DNA of 64,000 nucleotides from Raillietiella orientalis (lineage: Eukaryota): positions 868,001-932,000 of the forward strand of contig JAYWIR010000017.1 in assembly GCA_036172245.1 (NCBI GenBank), given 5' to 3'. The notes beneath the pieces are model-generated. The model made no database searches, was not told the origin of the DNA, and saw only the letters and a program-made list of their open reading frames with translations. This document shows positions 63,688 through 64,000 of this stretch, piece by piece (the stretch's first letter is position 1; the number at the start of each line of letters is the position of its first letter). A program made the position numbers and the translations under genes.

Positions 63688-63999
63688 TTATTGATAATAA
63701 TCACATATTAGATATGCAATTTTATTACCTATAAACTGCACAACAAAAACAAGTTTCTTAGTATTTGGATCATTTAATATTTCAGTCCGCATTCTTCTAT
63801 TTATGATAGGCATAATGTCTTTCAGCATGTTCAATTCTCTGCAAATCTTTGGAAGGATTGCTTCACCCATGCTGATCACATTTTGGATTCTATCTCAGGT
63901 TTGGTTGACTTTCTCTTGAACATAACTTCTAGGACTCAGTTCAAGCTTCTTCTCTTTAAATCTCATTTTTTCTCTAGCATTCACTAACTCTACTCTCAT
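63688..63999 (-). other. AT-rich reading frame of about 104 codons interrupted by one TGA, running off the window edge; product unknown
   Basis: MRVELVNAREKMRFKEKKLELSPRSYVQEKVNQT*DRIQNVISMGEAILPKICRELNMLKDIMPIINRRMRTEILNDPNTKKLVFVVQFIGNKIAYLICDYYQ**. Confidence 0.3.
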
Positions 64000-64000
64000 T

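Overview
Eukaryotic (metazoan-like) genomic DNA with short GT-AG introns; the species cannot be determined from the sequence. Two intact genes are well supported: a 5-exon hypoxanthine-guanine phosphoribosyltransferase gene (HPRT, minus strand, 2135-3087, 227 aa) and a tRNA-Val(AAC) gene (53284-53356) with a Pol III terminator. Three diverged copies of a 620-800 bp element with a tRNA-like Pol III head (SINE-like) lie at about 15.2, 31.3 and 37.6 kb. Much of the rest appears to be heavily decayed, frameshifted remnants of immune-type gene families on both strands: ankyrin/death-fold/NACHT (NLR-like) and NERD-like nuclease with possible SF1 helicase. I recognised these remnants only by eye from degenerate motifs, so confidence is low to moderate. 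Also present are a young 137-bp inverted duplication, several paralogous DNA segments, and an AT-rich interrupted ORF at the right edge. Most ORFs in the supplied track look spurious. I found no CRISPR array, rRNA or intact transposase/RT.
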